From NCBI GenBank assembly GCA_038209745.1, contig JBBQXJ010000103.1:1-14259 (forward strand): a stretch of DNA of 14,259 nucleotides, written 5' to 3'. Shown piece by piece: positions 13,297-14,259 of this stretch. Both the position numbers and the translations under genes were made by a program. Numbering within the stretch: the stretch's first letter is position 1; every line of letters begins with the position of its first letter. The notes beneath the pieces were generated by a model. It saw only the letters and a list, made by a program, of their open reading frames with translations. It was not told the origin of the DNA and searched no databases. The DNA is from Verrucomicrobiota bacterium (lineage in GTDB: Bacteria; Verrucomicrobiota; Verrucomicrobiia; Limisphaerales; CANJSG01).

Positions 13297-14259
13297 GGCC
13301 CGTCCGAATAGTAGAACCGCATCGGATACCGGAACGCATTGGTGTCCTTGAACTGGAACAACCCGCTCGGATCCGCCACCGAGGAGCCGATCTCCATCCA
13401 CGTCACCGGCGCCACCAGATTTGTCGCCGCGTAGATCGTGTAGGTTGCGAAGTTGGTGCCCCGGCCTTGGAAGAGGTATTCGCCCGTTTCGAACATCTTC
13501 GATGACAGCAGCACGCCACCGCTGTCCCGGATCAGAACCACGTCGTTGCCCGTGCCTCGCGTATACCAAATCCGGTAGAGCTGTTCGTTCGCAGTGAAGA
13601 GCGAACCGTTCGGAATGCCCGCGAACGTTCCGACGACCGCGTCCGTTCCGTCGTTGTCGATCAACACCACCTCCGAGCCGATGGCCATCCCGGTCACGCC
13701 TGGAAGCGAGAGGATCGCGTTGTTCAAGTTCACCGTGCCGGTCACCTGGATCTGGTCAGCGTTCGTTCCCGCAGAAGTCCCCGCCACGTCGAACGCCAAG
13801 GTCACGCCCGGCCCCAACGGAAGCCCGGCCGTAACGGTCAACCGTCCTTTAAGGCCGATGCCCGGCGCAATGACGCCACCGGTCATGGTCTTCAGCTTGA
13901 TGCTGCCCGCGCCTTCCACGCGACCATTGTTCACCGTGATGCCGTCGCTCGTCTGGAACAGCGCGTTGGTTCCCACCAAAAGGGTTCCCGACTCGCTGAT
14001 GAATCCTGCGGGCAGCGTCAAGGTGCCGCTGAGCGTTTCGATTCTTCCGAGGTTCTCGAAGAGGAAGCTGTTGAACGCGCTCGTCCCGCTGCCGATGGTC
14101 TTGCGGAGGGTTCCGCTGGCCAGGTTGTGGAACTCCAGCGCCGGTCCGCCGATCCCCTGGCCGAACGTGTTGTTCCCCGTGATCTCCCACAGCCCGGCGT
14201 TCGTGATCACCGTCGTCGGCGTGCTCCCGCCGAACAGGCTCGACCCGCTCCACAGCACC
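13293..14259 (-). CDS. C-terminal part of a large secreted Gly/Thr/Asn-rich beta-helical (adhesin or autotransporter-passenger-like) protein; 5' part outside the window
   Basis: Open to the window edge. Beta-strand repeats (TNAGLWEITG, FHNLASGTLRKT, FENLGRIETLSGTLTL), ADQIQVTGTVNL, LIDNDGTDAVVGTFAG...GTGNDVVL module and a terminal YAATNL..W...FQFKDTN..YPMRFY tail. Confidence 0.85.
   Translation of the reverse strand, partial: VLWSGSSLFGGSTPTTVITNAGLWEITGNNTFGQGIGGPALEFHNLASGTLRKTIGSGTSAFNSFLFENLGRIETLSGTLTLPAGFISESGTLLVGTNALFQTSDGITVNNGRVEGAGSIKLKTMTGGVIAPGIGLKGRLTVTAGLPLGPGVTLAFDVAGTSAGTNADQIQVTGTVNLNNAILSLPGVTGMAIGSEVVLIDNDGTDAVVGTFAGIPNGSLFTANEQLYRIWYTRGTGNDVVLIRDSGGVLLSSKMFETGEYLFQGRGTNFATYTIYAATNLVAPVTWMEIGSSVADPSGLFQFKDTNAFRYPMRFYYSDGP

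Noticed and set aside
1378..13351. Many long overlapping or antisense ORFs (e.g. 2373-3854, 4453-5805, 7026-8372, 9417-11333, 9508-11076, 11622-13118, 11936-13351)
   Set aside because: Typical stop-poor shadow frames of high-GC genes, with no recognisable motifs.
1..14259. CRISPR array, tRNA/rRNA, transposase, integrase or defence genes
   Set aside because: No regularly spaced direct repeats, cloverleaf motifs or recognisable mobile or defence proteins; all intergenic gaps are 150 nt or shorter.

Overview
High-GC bacterial window. It is most likely Verrucomicrobiota (Pedosphaerales/Limisphaerales-like); this is inferred from the H-X9-DG prepilin-like protein, the C-terminal 'ATNL...W...FQFKDTN...RFY' tail of a large exoprotein, SD-less starts and the repeat types. 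Gene order: SDR with an N-terminal CxxC..CxxC (5' end broken) > Zn-dependent MDR dehydrogenase > Cys-type sulfatase > birA >< frr < pyrH < COG0523/CobW-like GTPase < prepilin-type H-X9-DG protein < coaX <> argH > DUF2064/TIGR04282-like transferase > murJ >< 3' end of a large beta-helical exoprotein. This is mostly ordinary housekeeping DNA, and I cannot support a complete new multi-gene system. The main oddities are: (i) the first ~139 nt appear to encode, on the opposite strand, the missing N-terminal part of the same SDR family from a diverged homolog (head-to-head chimera or rearrangement); (ii) substitutions in conserved motifs of CoaX, the CobW-like GTPase and the SDR; (iii) a perfect 14-bp inverted repeat in the coaX/argH divergent region, plus several GTAG/GGAG REP-like hairpins; (iv) apparently leaderless promoters sharing a TTGCGG -35 box. 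No RNA genes, CRISPR arrays or transposases were seen.
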